From contig CAMZKN010000065.1 of the NCBI GenBank assembly GCA_947311315.1, forward strand, positions 2,648 through 66,647: a stretch of DNA of 64,000 bases, read 5' to 3'. Source of the stretch: an uncultured Desulfobulbaceae bacterium. GTDB lineage: Bacteria > Desulfobacterota > Desulfobulbia > Desulfobulbales > Desulfocapsaceae. The notes beneath the pieces are model-generated. The model ran no database searches. It worked only from the letters and a program-made list of their open reading frames with translations, and was not told the DNA's origin. Both the position numbers and the translations under genes were made by a program. Shown piece after piece: positions 40,043-49,560 of this stretch; within the stretch, counting starts at the first letter, position 1; each line of letters opens with the position of its first letter.

Positions 40043-41230
40043 ATGTTGAAGGTGAGTGAAGAACTTTGCATTGGATGTGGAATTTGCGAAGAGAGTTGCC
40101 CTTTTGGTGCAATTCAGGTTGAAGATGGCCTCGCAATTGTCGGGGAGAGTTGTACGCTGTGTGGTGCATGTGTAGAGAGTTGTGAAGTTGAAGCTCTCAG
40201 TCTCGATATTACCGAGCGAAAAGTCCAGGATGATATTTCAAGCTGGAATGGTGTCTGGGTCTTTTGTGAATACAGACTTGGTGAACTTGCTTCTGTTTCA
40301 CTTGAGTTGCTTGGAATTGGTCGGGAACTTGCCGATAAACGTGGTGTACAACTTAGTGCTGTGCTACTTGGTCATGAAACCGGGGATACTGCAAAAACAC
40401 TTATAGGTCATGGTGCCGACAGGGTTTTTGTTGCAGATCATGAAGAACTCAAGGGATTCAGGGATGATTGCTATGGCGCTGTAGTAACTGATCTTATTAC
40501 CACCCATAAACCTGAGATTGTTCTGGCCGGTGCTACTGCAATTGGCAGGTCTTTTATTCCAGGGGTGGCGACATCTCTTAATGCAGGACTTACAGCAGAT
40601 TGCACTAAACTTGAAATTCGCGAAGAAGACGGGGCCTTGCTGCAAACACGTCCTGCTTTTGGTGGAAATATAATGGCCACTATTGTCTGTGAGTCTTCGC
40701 GACCGCAAATGGCAACGGTCAGGCCCAAGGTGATGAAAGAGCTTGAATTTGACCCCGATCGCACAGGTGAGACCGTGGCTGTTGAATTGACACAAAAACA
40801 ATTACAAAGTCGCGTTACCCTTATAGATTCAGTAGTAGCTGGAGCTGCACAGGTAAATATACAGGAAGCCGATATTCTTGTATCCGGTGGCAGAGGACTT
40901 GAGAGCGAAAAAGGTTTTGTTCTGATAGAAGAGCTTGCCGGGGCCCTGGGTGCAAAAGTTTCTGCATCGAGAGCTGTTGTTGACGCTGGTTGGATACCAT
41001 ATCCGCACCAGGTAGGGCAGACAGGAAAAACAGTTGCCCCTCAGCTCTACATAGCCTGCGGTATTTCCGGGGCTGTCCAGCATGTGGCTGGTATGCAGTC
41101 TGCGGAAACCATTGTTGCGATAAATAGAGATGAGAATGCAACAATCTTTGATGTTGCCGATTATGGTATTGTTGGTAATTTGTTTGAGGTAATACCAAAA
41201 TTGATTAAAAAGATCGAGGAGCGACGGTAA
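40043..41230 (+). CDS. etfA: Electron transfer flavoprotein alpha subunit with N-terminal 2x[4Fe-4S] ferredoxin domain
   Basis: CIGCGICEESC and CTLCGACVESC; GLTADCT, RPAFGG, QVGQTGKTV, GISGAVQH. Confidence 0.95.
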   Translation: MLKVSEELCIGCGICEESCPFGAIQVEDGLAIVGESCTLCGACVESCEVEALSLDITERKVQDDISSWNGVWVFCEYRLGELASVSLELLGIGRELADKRGVQLSAVLLGHETGDTAKTLIGHGADRVFVADHEELKGFRDDCYGAVVTDLITTHKPEIVLAGATAIGRSFIPGVATSLNAGLTADCTKLEIREEDGALLQTRPAFGGNIMATIVCESSRPQMATVRPKVMKELEFDPDRTGETVAVELTQKQLQSRVTLIDSVVAGAAQVNIQEADILVSGGRGLESEKGFVLIEELAGALGAKVSASRAVVDAGWIPYPHQVGQTGKTVAPQLYIACGISGAVQHVAGMQSAETIVAINRDENATIFDVADYGIVGNLFEVIPKLIKKIEERR

Positions 41231-41233
41231 AAT

Positions 41234-41977
41234 ATGAGTCTTGAAGGAAAGGTTGCTGTTGTCACTGGCGGGAGTCGTGGGATAGGAAGAGGAATTTGTT
41301 TAAGACTCGCGTCCATGGGCGCACTGGTGTATATCAATTATGTCAGTCGGTCTGAAGCAGCTGAAGAAACCCGAAAACTCATTTTAGATGCTGGCGGAAA
41401 AGCAGAGATTCTCTGTTTTGACGTGGCTGATATATCTGCTGTGCAGAGCAGCATGAAAAAAATAGTTGCTGAGGCCGGATCAATCCATATTTTGATAAAT
41501 AATGCCGGAATAACAAGGGATGGTCTTATGGCAAGAATGAAAGAGTTAGATTGGGATGCAGTGCTCGACACTAATCTCAAAGGTGCTTTTGCATGCGCTA
41601 AGGCTGTTTCACGTGTGATGATGAAAAATAAATGGGGCAGGATTGTTAATATTTCTTCTGTTTCGGGATATGCCGGGAATGCTGGTCAGGTAAATTATTC
41701 TGCAGCTAAAGCAGGGCTGAACGGCCTTACCAAGGCAATGGCTCGTGAGTATGCATCACGTAATATTACGGTAAATTGTGTTGCTCCCGGATATATTGAA
41801 ACAGAAATGACCGAACTTCTTGCAGAAGAGGTTCAGCAGCAGATAAAAGAAGAAATTCCGCTTGCAGTTTTTGGACAGGTTGAAGATATAGCCAGTGCAG
41901 TGGCCTATTTTGTTTCAGAAAATGGGCGATATGTTACAGGACAGACTCTTCATGTTAATGGCGGTATGTACATGTAA
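41234..41977 (+). CDS. fabG: 3-oxoacyl-ACP reductase
   Basis: TGGSRGIG, NNAGITRD, NYSAAKAG, VAPGYIET. Confidence 0.96.
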   Translation: MSLEGKVAVVTGGSRGIGRGICLRLASMGALVYINYVSRSEAAEETRKLILDAGGKAEILCFDVADISAVQSSMKKIVAEAGSIHILINNAGITRDGLMARMKELDWDAVLDTNLKGAFACAKAVSRVMMKNKWGRIVNISSVSGYAGNAGQVNYSAAKAGLNGLTKAMAREYASRNITVNCVAPGYIETEMTELLAEEVQQQIKEEIPLAVFGQVEDIASAVAYFVSENGRYVTGQTLHVNGGMYM

Positions 41978-42045
41978 TAGAAGTATTTTTAGTGCGGCGC
42001 TGAGAACATTTTTGCGTTTAATTTTAAAGTTAAGGGAGACCTCTA

Positions 42046-42276
42046 ATGGCAATCGAACAGGAAATGATCGATATAATTGTTGAGCAGTTAAGTGTTGAAA
42101 AAGAAAAAGTTGTTGCAAATGCGTCTTTTGTTGATGATCTCGGGGCAGATTCACTTGATCTCGTTGAGTTGATTATGGCGATGGAAGAAGGTTTTGACAT
42201 TGAAATTCCTGATGAAGATGCAGAAGGGATCAGTACTGTTCAGGATGCTATTGATTACGTAAAAAAACAGAACTAA
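42046..42276 (+). CDS. acpP: Acyl carrier protein
   Basis: [21 protein letters not shown]. Confidence 0.98.
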   Translation: MAIEQEMIDIIVEQLSVEKEKVVANASFVDDLGADSLDLVELIMAMEEGFDIEIPDEDAEGISTVQDAIDYVKKQN

Positions 42277-42378
42277 CTGTTGGCAGGTTAGCCCCCCGGT
42301 TTATATAAACATACTGGGGGGAGTGTACCTTTAATTCTTGAATTAAAGGTACGTCGACAGCAACTTTAATACCCCCCG

Positions 42379-42396
42379 TTAGTGCCTTACTCCATA
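42379..42396 (-). repeat. Partial copy (right end) of the dispersed repeat
   Basis: TTAGTGCCTTACTCCATA, the reverse complement of TATGGAGTAAGGCACTAA in copy A. Confidence 0.7.
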
Positions 42397-42502
42397 GAAC
42401 TTGTGAAAGACTGTTCCATATCGGCGACAAGGCACCTATACCCGGTTTAATTACTGGTATTGGCTTGTGTGAAAGACAAATAGTGAAAAAGGAGCAGCTA
42501 TT

Positions 42503-43744
42503 GTGAAACGAAGGGTAGTGATTACCGGTGTAGGCCTTGTGACGCCAGTTGGAATAGGCGTGGAAACGAGTTGGAAGAATATTTGTTCCGGTGTGAGTGG
42601 AATTGATCATATAACTCGCTTTGACACCAGTAATTTTATGGTAAAAATTGCTGCTGAAATAAAGGGTTTTTCGTCAGATGACCATTTTGAAAAGAAGGCT
42701 GCCAAACGCCTCGATTTGTTTGTTCAATATGGAATGGTTGCTGCTCGTATGGCTATGGAAGATAGTGGCCTGGTAGTAAACGATGAGAATTGTGAAAGGA
42801 TTGGCGTAATAACCGGCTGTGGTATGGGTGGTTTACCGACCATTGAAAAATATCACAAGGTCTCTCTTGAGAGGGGGCCTAAAAAAGTAACGCCATTTTT
42901 TATTCCAATGGTTATTCCTAATATGCCTTCGGGACATATTTCAATGGATCATAACACCAAAGGGCCAAATCTTACCTTGACCACAGCCTGTTCTGCCGGT
43001 ACACATGCCATTGGAGAAGCGTACAGGCATATTCAATATGGTATGTGTGATGCTGTTCTCAGTGGTGGTACGGAAGCTGTGATTTGTTCTTTGGGGGTTG
43101 CAGGATTTTCTGCCATGAAGGCACTTTCCACTCGTAATGATGATCCACAGGCAGCCTCAAGGCCTTTTGATAAAGATCGCGATGGGTTTATTATGTCCGA
43201 AGGTTCGGGCATACTCATTGTGGAAGAACTTGAGCATGCGCTGGCAAGAGGCGCTAAAATTTACGCTGAGGTTGTTGGCTACGGACTAAGCAGTGATGCC
43301 TATCATATTGCAGCTCCACCTGAAAATGGTGAGGGAGCGGCAAGAGCCATGAAAATGGCCCTTCAGGATGCAGAATTTGCACCTGAAGACATTGATTATA
43401 TTAATGCACATGGAACGTCAACTCCGCTCAATGATAAGTGTGAAACTCAGGCTATCAAAAGCGTTTTTGGTGAGCATGCGAAGAAACTTGCAATAAGTTC
43501 CACGAAATCGATGACAGGTCACATGCTTGGAGCAGCAGGTGGCATTGAAGGGGTGTTTACAGCGTTGGCTATCAAAGATCAGATTGCGCCGCCAACTGTT
43601 AATCTGGCAGAACCCAGCCCTGAATGCGATCTGGATTATGTACCAAATTTTTCAAGAGAGATGAAAATAGATGCTGCAATTTCCAACTCTTTTGGTTTTG
43701 GGGGAACGAACGCAGTCGTAGCTATGAAAAAGTATTCCGACTGA
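42503..43744 (+). CDS. fabF: 3-oxoacyl-ACP synthase II
   Basis: RRVVITGVG, TTACSAG, NAHGTST, STKSMTGHMLGAAG, NSFGFGG. Confidence 0.97.
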   Translation: MKRRVVITGVGLVTPVGIGVETSWKNICSGVSGIDHITRFDTSNFMVKIAAEIKGFSSDDHFEKKAAKRLDLFVQYGMVAARMAMEDSGLVVNDENCERIGVITGCGMGGLPTIEKYHKVSLERGPKKVTPFFIPMVIPNMPSGHISMDHNTKGPNLTLTTACSAGTHAIGEAYRHIQYGMCDAVLSGGTEAVICSLGVAGFSAMKALSTRNDDPQAASRPFDKDRDGFIMSEGSGILIVEELEHALARGAKIYAEVVGYGLSSDAYHIAAPPENGEGAARAMKMALQDAEFAPEDIDYINAHGTSTPLNDKCETQAIKSVFGEHAKKLAISSTKSMTGHMLGAAGGIEGVFTALAIKDQIAPPTVNLAEPSPECDLDYVPNFSREMKIDAAISNSFGFGGTNAVVAMKKYSD

Positions 43745-43763
43745 TTATGCGTGGGGGAAGATT

Positions 43764-44192
43764 GTGAAAATTGTCATTGGGTCTGACCATGGTGGCTTTG
43801 AATTAAAAGAGACAATCAAAGATAGATTGTTGCAACGAGATTATAGTATTATTGACGTCGGGTGTTCTTCTGTTGATTCTGTAGATTATCCTGATTTTTC
43901 TGACCAGGTAGTGTCACATATTGTCAATGGTACCTGTAATAAGGGAATTCTTATTTGTGGAACTGGTATTGGCATGAGCATTGCTGCAAATAGGGACAGG
44001 AGGATAAGGGCCGCAAATGTGCACAATCTTTTCACTGCCCGGATGAGCCGTGAACATAATAATGCCAATATTCTCTGTCTGGGAGCACGTGTTATAGAAA
44101 CTGACCTTGCTCTTGAAATTGTTTCGGTCTGGCTGGATACAGAATTTACCGGTGGCAGGCACCAAATAAGAATTGATAAATTTAGTGAGTGA
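43764..44192 (+). CDS. rpiB: Ribose 5-phosphate isomerase B
   Basis: GSDHGGFELK, DYPD, ICGTGIGMSIAAN, HNNANILCLGAR, GGRHQ.R. Confidence 0.96.
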   Translation: MKIVIGSDHGGFELKETIKDRLLQRDYSIIDVGCSSVDSVDYPDFSDQVVSHIVNGTCNKGILICGTGIGMSIAANRDRRIRAANVHNLFTARMSREHNNANILCLGARVIETDLALEIVSVWLDTEFTGGRHQIRIDKFSE

Positions 44193-44214
44193 TTTATCAG
44201 AAGTCAATTGAATA

Positions 44215-44256
44215 GCAATAAAGCCGATTTTGCGTAAGCAGAATCGGCTTTATTGC
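44215..44256. terminator. Long hairpin after rpiB (probable terminator)
   Basis: GCAATAAAGCCGATT / AATCGGCTTTATTGC, perfect 15-bp stem. Confidence 0.7.
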
Positions 44257-44344
44257 GTTTCAGTTGTATTACTTTTTGTGTACTATTAAATGGCATCAAT
44301 AAAGAAACTTGAAATAACATGTATAATTTTTCTGGAGGTGACAA

Positions 44345-44815
44345 ATGAAATGTCCGTATTGCGAACATCTCGATAATAAGGTGATCGATTCTCGCCTGAA
44401 CAAAGATGCGACAATAACCAGGAGAAGAAGAGAATGTATGGCATGTACTCAGCGTTTTACAACCTATGAACGCCTTGAAGTTATGCTTCCAGTACTTGAG
44501 AAAAAAGATGGAAGGAGAGAATCCTGGGATAGGCGTAAGCTGATATCAGGTTTGGAGAAAGCGTGTGAGAAGAGAGATGTCAGTCGAGATAAAATTGATG
44601 AGTTTGCAGATGAAATCGAACATAAACTTCAAGATTATGGTGCGAAAGAGATCCCATCTGGTGTCGTTGGAGAATGGGTTATGGAAGGGTTGCCCTTACT
44701 TGATGAGGTAGCATATGTTCGCTTTGCATCCGTGTACAGGCAGTTTAAAGATGTGAATGAGTTTATGCATGAATTGAAAACACTTTTGGATTCCAGGGGC
44801 AACGATGACGGTTAA
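44345..44815 (+). CDS. nrdR: Transcriptional repressor NrdR
   Basis: MKCPYC..KVIDSR..RRRRECMAC..RFTTYER, DEVAYVRFASVYRQF. Confidence 0.98.
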   Translation: MKCPYCEHLDNKVIDSRLNKDATITRRRRECMACTQRFTTYERLEVMLPVLEKKDGRRESWDRRKLISGLEKACEKRDVSRDKIDEFADEIEHKLQDYGAKEIPSGVVGEWVMEGLPLLDEVAYVRFASVYRQFKDVNEFMHELKTLLDSRGNDDG

Positions 44816-45911
44816 ACCTGATGAACATTTTATGCGCGTGGCTCTTAAGGAGGCAAAAAAAGGTATCGGGCGTACATCTCCGAATCCAGCAGTCGGTGCG
44901 GTTATTGTCAGTGATGGCAATATTATTTCCAAAGGGTACCACAAAAAAGCCGGCATGCCTCATGCAGAGATAAATGCAATTAATGGCGCTAAAAAGTCGC
45001 TTTTCGGTACGACTATCTACGTCACACTAGAACCTTGTAATCATACGGGCAAAACACCTCCCTGCACCCAGGCTATTATCGAAAATGGAATTTCACGGGT
45101 TGTTGTCGGTATGAAAGATCCAAATCCTCTTGTTTCAGGCAGTGGCATAGACTGTCTCAGACAAAAAGGTATTATTGTCGACAGCGGCATTCTAGAAAAA
45201 AAATGTAGAGATATTAATAGGCCATTCATTAAATTTATTACCCATGGTCTTCCCTGGGTAATTATGAAAGCGGGAGTTAGTCTGGATGGCCGGTTGAACT
45301 ATCAGAAAGGGCAAAGTGGTTGGATTACCGGTGAGCAGTCGGTGCGAGAAGTGCATAAGCTTCGGGATCAAGTGGATGCTATTCTTGTTGGTCGAGGAAC
45401 TGTTGAAATTGACAACCCTTCTCTGACTACCAGGCTTGCAGGGAAAAAGACAGAAGACCCTGTCAGAATAGTTGTTGATAGTGAACTTTCTCTACCTCTT
45501 TCGTCCAAGGTTCTTCATCTTGATTCAAAGGCTCCGACATGGATTTTTTGTCGAGATGGCCTTTCAAGTGAAAGAAAGGCTCAATATGAAAAACCTGGTG
45601 TAAGGATTTTTCAGGTTCCCGGTATGGGGGATGGTCTCGATTTGAAAAAAATCATGACTATCCTTGGACGCGAAAATATCTGTTCTGTTTTAGTTGAGGG
45701 TGGTGGGAAACTGCATAGCAGTTTTTTGCGTGAGAGAATATACGACTATGCTCATATTTTCCATGCACCAGTCCTGGCAGGGGATAGGGGGGTATCGTTG
45801 CTTGACGGCTATAGTGTCACAGACCGCTCCCGCTCTCCCGGGTTGTCGGATGTGCGATATAAAAGGTTGGGCGACGACATGATGGTCTCGGGGCAGCTGG
45901 TCTATTCTTGA
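44805..45911 (+). CDS. ribD: Bifunctional riboflavin deaminase/reductase
   Basis: PNPAVGAV, HAEINA, TLEPCNHTGKTPPC, SLDG, DNPSLT, VEGGG. Confidence 0.96.
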   Translation: MTVKPDEHFMRVALKEAKKGIGRTSPNPAVGAVIVSDGNIISKGYHKKAGMPHAEINAINGAKKSLFGTTIYVTLEPCNHTGKTPPCTQAIIENGISRVVVGMKDPNPLVSGSGIDCLRQKGIIVDSGILEKKCRDINRPFIKFITHGLPWVIMKAGVSLDGRLNYQKGQSGWITGEQSVREVHKLRDQVDAILVGRGTVEIDNPSLTTRLAGKKTEDPVRIVVDSELSLPLSSKVLHLDSKAPTWIFCRDGLSSERKAQYEKPGVRIFQVPGMGDGLDLKKIMTILGRENICSVLVEGGGKLHSSFLRERIYDYAHIFHAPVLAGDRGVSLLDGYSVTDRSRSPGLSDVRYKRLGDDMMVSGQLVYS

Positions 45912-46861
45912 TGTGATTTGGTGTCTAGCGTACGTTTAAGAATTGCCCATTTTTCTTTGCATTCAGACATGTTTTTGAATGTGATGGATAGTGTGACTTG
46001 ATCTCTTTCGAAAGATTTGGAGTGGGAGATTGAGCAGTGAGCAGGAAGGTGTAGAGATTTAATGAGTTCGTTGAACTCCTCTTCTGCTTGAGTCGATGAA
46101 GGCGTGTGTCGATTTCCCAACAAAACACCAAGGTGCTGGGTTTTTTGTGGAATATTCATATTCTTATGGTTGAGTATTTGTTGTATCTCTTTTTCGTTGA
46201 GATACTCTTCGATGGTACTTTCCTGCCGAAAAGCCAGGTCTCTCAATAGAATAAAAATTTTCCTTTGTTTGCCATCGCCAAGCGCGAGTTGTTTAAAGAG
46301 AAGAACCAGGGCAAGTCGGTCTGATGGGTACCGGAGTTTTAGTAATTCTGCAACCATTTTTTCTCTTAGTTCACCCGCGTGGATAGCATGTATTATTTCT
46401 TTATCCTGCTCCAAGATTTCCAGTGCATTGTGGTACGTTGACTTTCTTTGTTTGAGTTTCAGTCTGGGCAGAAATTTTTCGATAATGGTGTCGGTATCCA
46501 AATATTGGTTGGCAACTTTTAGAAACTGTGCTTTTTCTGCAAGAGTAAGTTGTGTAGCATTCGGTTGATCGGTAAGAAGGAGATCGAGTATAAAAACGTG
46601 TGAAGAATTCTGTGCGATATTCAAGCACACCGGAGTTAAATTATGATCGCATTCTTTGAGAAAAAGTAATCGTTTAAAGCCATGGACGATTGAAAATCGG
46701 TTCCTTGTTGTCTGCATAACTATGGGAGGCTGGATAACACCTGTTTGAGAAAATGATTCCTTCAATGTTTCTGGAATTTGGTGAAGCTCCCAGGGGTGAA
46801 GGTTCCAGTCGTTACTGAAATCAATAGACTTTAAGGGAATTTGGTCGTAGGTAAAAGACAT
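45902..46861 (-). CDS. ParB/Srx N-terminal domain protein
   Basis: IPLKSID, LKESFSQTGVIQPPIV, IVHGFKRL resemble the ParB-N motif; no parA in the window. Confidence 0.65.
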   Translation of the reverse strand: MSFTYDQIPLKSIDFSNDWNLHPWELHQIPETLKESFSQTGVIQPPIVMQTTRNRFSIVHGFKRLLFLKECDHNLTPVCLNIAQNSSHVFILDLLLTDQPNATQLTLAEKAQFLKVANQYLDTDTIIEKFLPRLKLKQRKSTYHNALEILEQDKEIIHAIHAGELREKMVAELLKLRYPSDRLALVLLFKQLALGDGKQRKIFILLRDLAFRQESTIEEYLNEKEIQQILNHKNMNIPQKTQHLGVLLGNRHTPSSTQAEEEFNELIKSLHLPAHCSISHSKSFERDQVTLSITFKNMSECKEKWAILKRTLDTKSHQE

Positions 46862-46920
46862 GGTTGCCGGTTTTCAGTTTTAGGAGAGTAGATAACTATC
46901 GGGGAATATACGGAATAAGT

Positions 46921-46966
46921 AAAAAGAATAGCTTAGTGTCACTGAACACACCGACACTAAGCTATT
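46921..46966 (-). terminator. Intrinsic terminator after ihfA
   Basis: AATAGCTTAGTGTC (46927-46940) / GACACTAAGCTATT (46953-46966), with a U tract on the minus strand. Confidence 0.75.
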
Positions 46967-47007
46967 ACTTGTTTTTCACTACAGCTTTTTTGGAGTAAGG
47001 CACTAAA
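46965..47007 (+). repeat. Partial copy (right third) of the dispersed repeat
   Basis: TTACTTGTTTTTCACTACAGCTTTTTTGGAGTAAGGCACTAAA aligns with the right ends of copies A, B and C. Confidence 0.8.
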
Positions 47008-47013
47008 TGATTT

Positions 47014-47301
47014 TCACGAAGCGTTGATTTTATCCCTTAAAATTCCCGATGGTTTAAAAGTAACCACTCGCCTTGCGTCAAGAGTAAGTTCATCACCCGT
47101 TTGCGGATTACGACCCCTTCTTGCATTTTTATGCTTAACGTTGAACTTGCCAAAACCGCTGAGGAGGAGGTCTGAGCCATCGATAAGAGATGTTTTTGAG
47201 ATACGCAAAAAGGCTTCTACTGAATCAGTGGCCTGAGCTTTTGTTAAGTTTTCATGGTTCTTATATACCTGCTGAACCAGATCCGCTTTGGTAAGTGTCA
47301 T
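47014..47301 (-). CDS. ihfA: Integration host factor alpha subunit
   Basis: MTLTKADL, LSGFGKF, RRGRNPQTG, RRVVTFKPS. Confidence 0.88.
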   Translation of the reverse strand: MTLTKADLVQQVYKNHENLTKAQATDSVEAFLRISKTSLIDGSDLLLSGFGKFNVKHKNARRGRNPQTGDELTLDARRVVTFKPSGILRDKINAS

Positions 47302-47705
47302 GTTTCCTCCTTAATTATCTGTATGAGTAATGCAACCTTTTAGTATGATATACTTTCACAGGAGAATGTCAAATCTAAATGGAGGAAAATTTAGTACCGT
47401 ACTTCGTAAAAGCTGTAAAGAAAAACAAGAAGAGGGCTATTGTTATTTACTCACGAACCGAGTCAATATCTCAAAGGTACTTATCTCGGTTAATATTCAA
47501 GTTCTCAGGGGGCAGATTGTTGTATGTTTAAAAGTAGGCAGATATACATTTAATGTGGACACTATGGGGGTACTTTGCAAATTTAAATTTTTGCTTAAAA
47601 GTTAGGTGCCTGAAAATTTTCACCACAGGTATATGATTGATATTCTTGGGATAAAAAATCAGACAACGCTAGGGTTGCGTGAAAAGGCAATTATGCAAGG
47701 TAGCC

Positions 47706-48911
47706 TTATACAACACTTGCAATCTTAAATATGGGTAGGTACATGGCAACGACAATGCCACCGATCATTCCACCAAGAAATACGATCATAAAAGGTTCTA
47801 TCATTGCTGTAAGATTATCTACTGCCTGATCAACTTCTTCATCATAGAAAACAGCAATTTTTTCAAGCATGGCATCGAGTGCACCAACTGATTCGCCAAC
47901 ATTTATCATCTGAACCACCATATTTGGAAAGACGCCACTTTCCTCGAGAGGTTCAGCAATAGGACGTCCTTCAGCAATAGAATCACTCACACGAAAAATG
48001 GCATTTTCAATTACTTTATTTCCAGCTGTTTTAGCCACAACGTGTAATGCTTCAAGGATAGGAACACCGGCACCAAGCATTGTGCTGAGAGTTCTTGTGA
48101 ATTTTGCAACAGCAACTTTTCTTAATAAATTCCCAAAAACTGGAGATCTGAGAACAGCCCTGTCGATTAATAATTCACCTTTTTTAGTACTGTAAATCTT
48201 TTTGAATAGAAACACAGCTATAAAGAAAACAATAAAAATATAGATAAAATAGGCTTGGAATGTCTCGCTGAGCGTTACGACGATCTGTGTTGGTATGGGA
48301 AGGCTCGCACCAAAATCTTCAAACATTGATTTAAAGACAGGAATGACGAAAACCAGAATAACAACAAGTATGAGGAGAGAAATGGCGAGACAGACTGCTG
48401 GGTATGTCATGGCGCCTTTGATTTTTTTCTTGAGGGCCATCGATTTTTCCATGAAGGTCGCAAGTCTGGAGAGGATTGTATCTAAGATACCACCTGTCTC
48501 TCCTGCTTCAATCATATTTGTAAAGAGAGTATCAAATATTTTTGGTTGTTTTCGCATTGAATCGGCAAGAGTTGAACCTGCCTCAACGTCAGAACGAATT
48601 TCATGCAAACTTTTTTTGAAAGTAGAATTAGTCTGTTGTTTCTCTAGAATTTCAAGCCCTTGAACCAGTGGAAGGCCAGCATCAATCATTGTTGAAAGTT
48701 GTCTGGTAAAAACCACAACATCCTTCCCTGTGACTTTGGGCTGGAAAAACGATATATTCTCGAGCAGATCTTTTGGTTTTTCTTTTACAACGGGATTAAC
48801 TATCCGTAATCGTCGAACGTGGGCCAAAGCACCTGCCTGATCAGGAGCTTCTACCTCTCCCTTTCGTTTTTCACCTTGAGCGTTTTTACCTTTCCAAACG
48901 TATACAGGCAT
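47706..48911 (-). CDS. pilC: Type IV pilus inner-membrane platform protein (T2SS F family)
   Basis: FTRQLSTMIDAGLPL, AGETGGILD, KGAMTYP, FTRTLSTMLGAGVPIL, GESVGALDAML, AMYLPIF. Confidence 0.95.
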   Translation of the reverse strand: MPVYVWKGKNAQGEKRKGEVEAPDQAGALAHVRRLRIVNPVVKEKPKDLLENISFFQPKVTGKDVVVFTRQLSTMIDAGLPLVQGLEILEKQQTNSTFKKSLHEIRSDVEAGSTLADSMRKQPKIFDTLFTNMIEAGETGGILDTILSRLATFMEKSMALKKKIKGAMTYPAVCLAISLLILVVILVFVIPVFKSMFEDFGASLPIPTQIVVTLSETFQAYFIYIFIVFFIAVFLFKKIYSTKKGELLIDRAVLRSPVFGNLLRKVAVAKFTRTLSTMLGAGVPILEALHVVAKTAGNKVIENAIFRVSDSIAEGRPIAEPLEESGVFPNMVVQMINVGESVGALDAMLEKIAVFYDEEVDQAVDNLTAMIEPFMIVFLGGMIGGIVVAMYLPIFKIASVV

Positions 48912-49262
48912 CGTAGCCTCCTCTTTTACTGATCATACTTTATAAAAATATCAAAAATTTGTTTATTAGTTAAAGAATTAGTAATAACGATTATATACCA
49001 AGTAGTTAGTAATTACAAGCCCTGGGAAAACCAGCCCCCAATAATCATGGAGAGTTGCACCTGAGATTAGTGGAGTTGTGTATTTGCTCCATTTTTTTCC
49101 TGTAGTGAACAAAAGAAATAATACTTGTTTACTGTTGATTACCTTGGTATACTGAGAAGTTCTTGGTTAATTGGTTATGTCGGCTGCTATACTAGTGGCT
49201 GTTTGCATGATGTGAGTATGAATCACATCAGTAAGTGTTTAGACGTGTCGGAGGATGAGAAC

Positions 49263-49508
49263 ATGAAAAATCAGTCCATAGAAAATATAATTGATGGTCG
49301 ATTTCAGCCTATTGTTGATAAATGTGAGGGTTGTGGCCGTGTCGTTGAGCAGGAAGGCGCTCAATATTGTAAAAGTTATCTGATGCCTGCAGCAAAATGG
49401 AGGTTGGGTTACTGTAATTTTGCTACCCATGCAAAACCAGAGATTAATATTGTTACCGTGAGAATTAATCCACTTAAGGCTGCCAAAAGAGCATCTAAAA
49501 GAAAGTAG
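49263..49508 (+). CDS. PxxKW family cysteine-rich protein
   Basis: CEGC..YC..Y..PAAKWRLGYCNFATH..INPLKAAKR. Start ATG 49263 after GGAGG. Confidence 0.85.
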   Translation: MKNQSIENIIDGRFQPIVDKCEGCGRVVEQEGAQYCKSYLMPAAKWRLGYCNFATHAKPEINIVTVRINPLKAAKRASKRK

Positions 49509-49529
49509 TAGTAGAATTTGTAAAGATCA

Positions 49530-49560
49530 GGGATCTGTCTATTGGGCAGATCCTTTTTTT
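49530..49560 (+). terminator. Intrinsic terminator
   Basis: GGATCTGTC-tattg-GGCAGATCC followed by T7. Confidence 0.75.
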
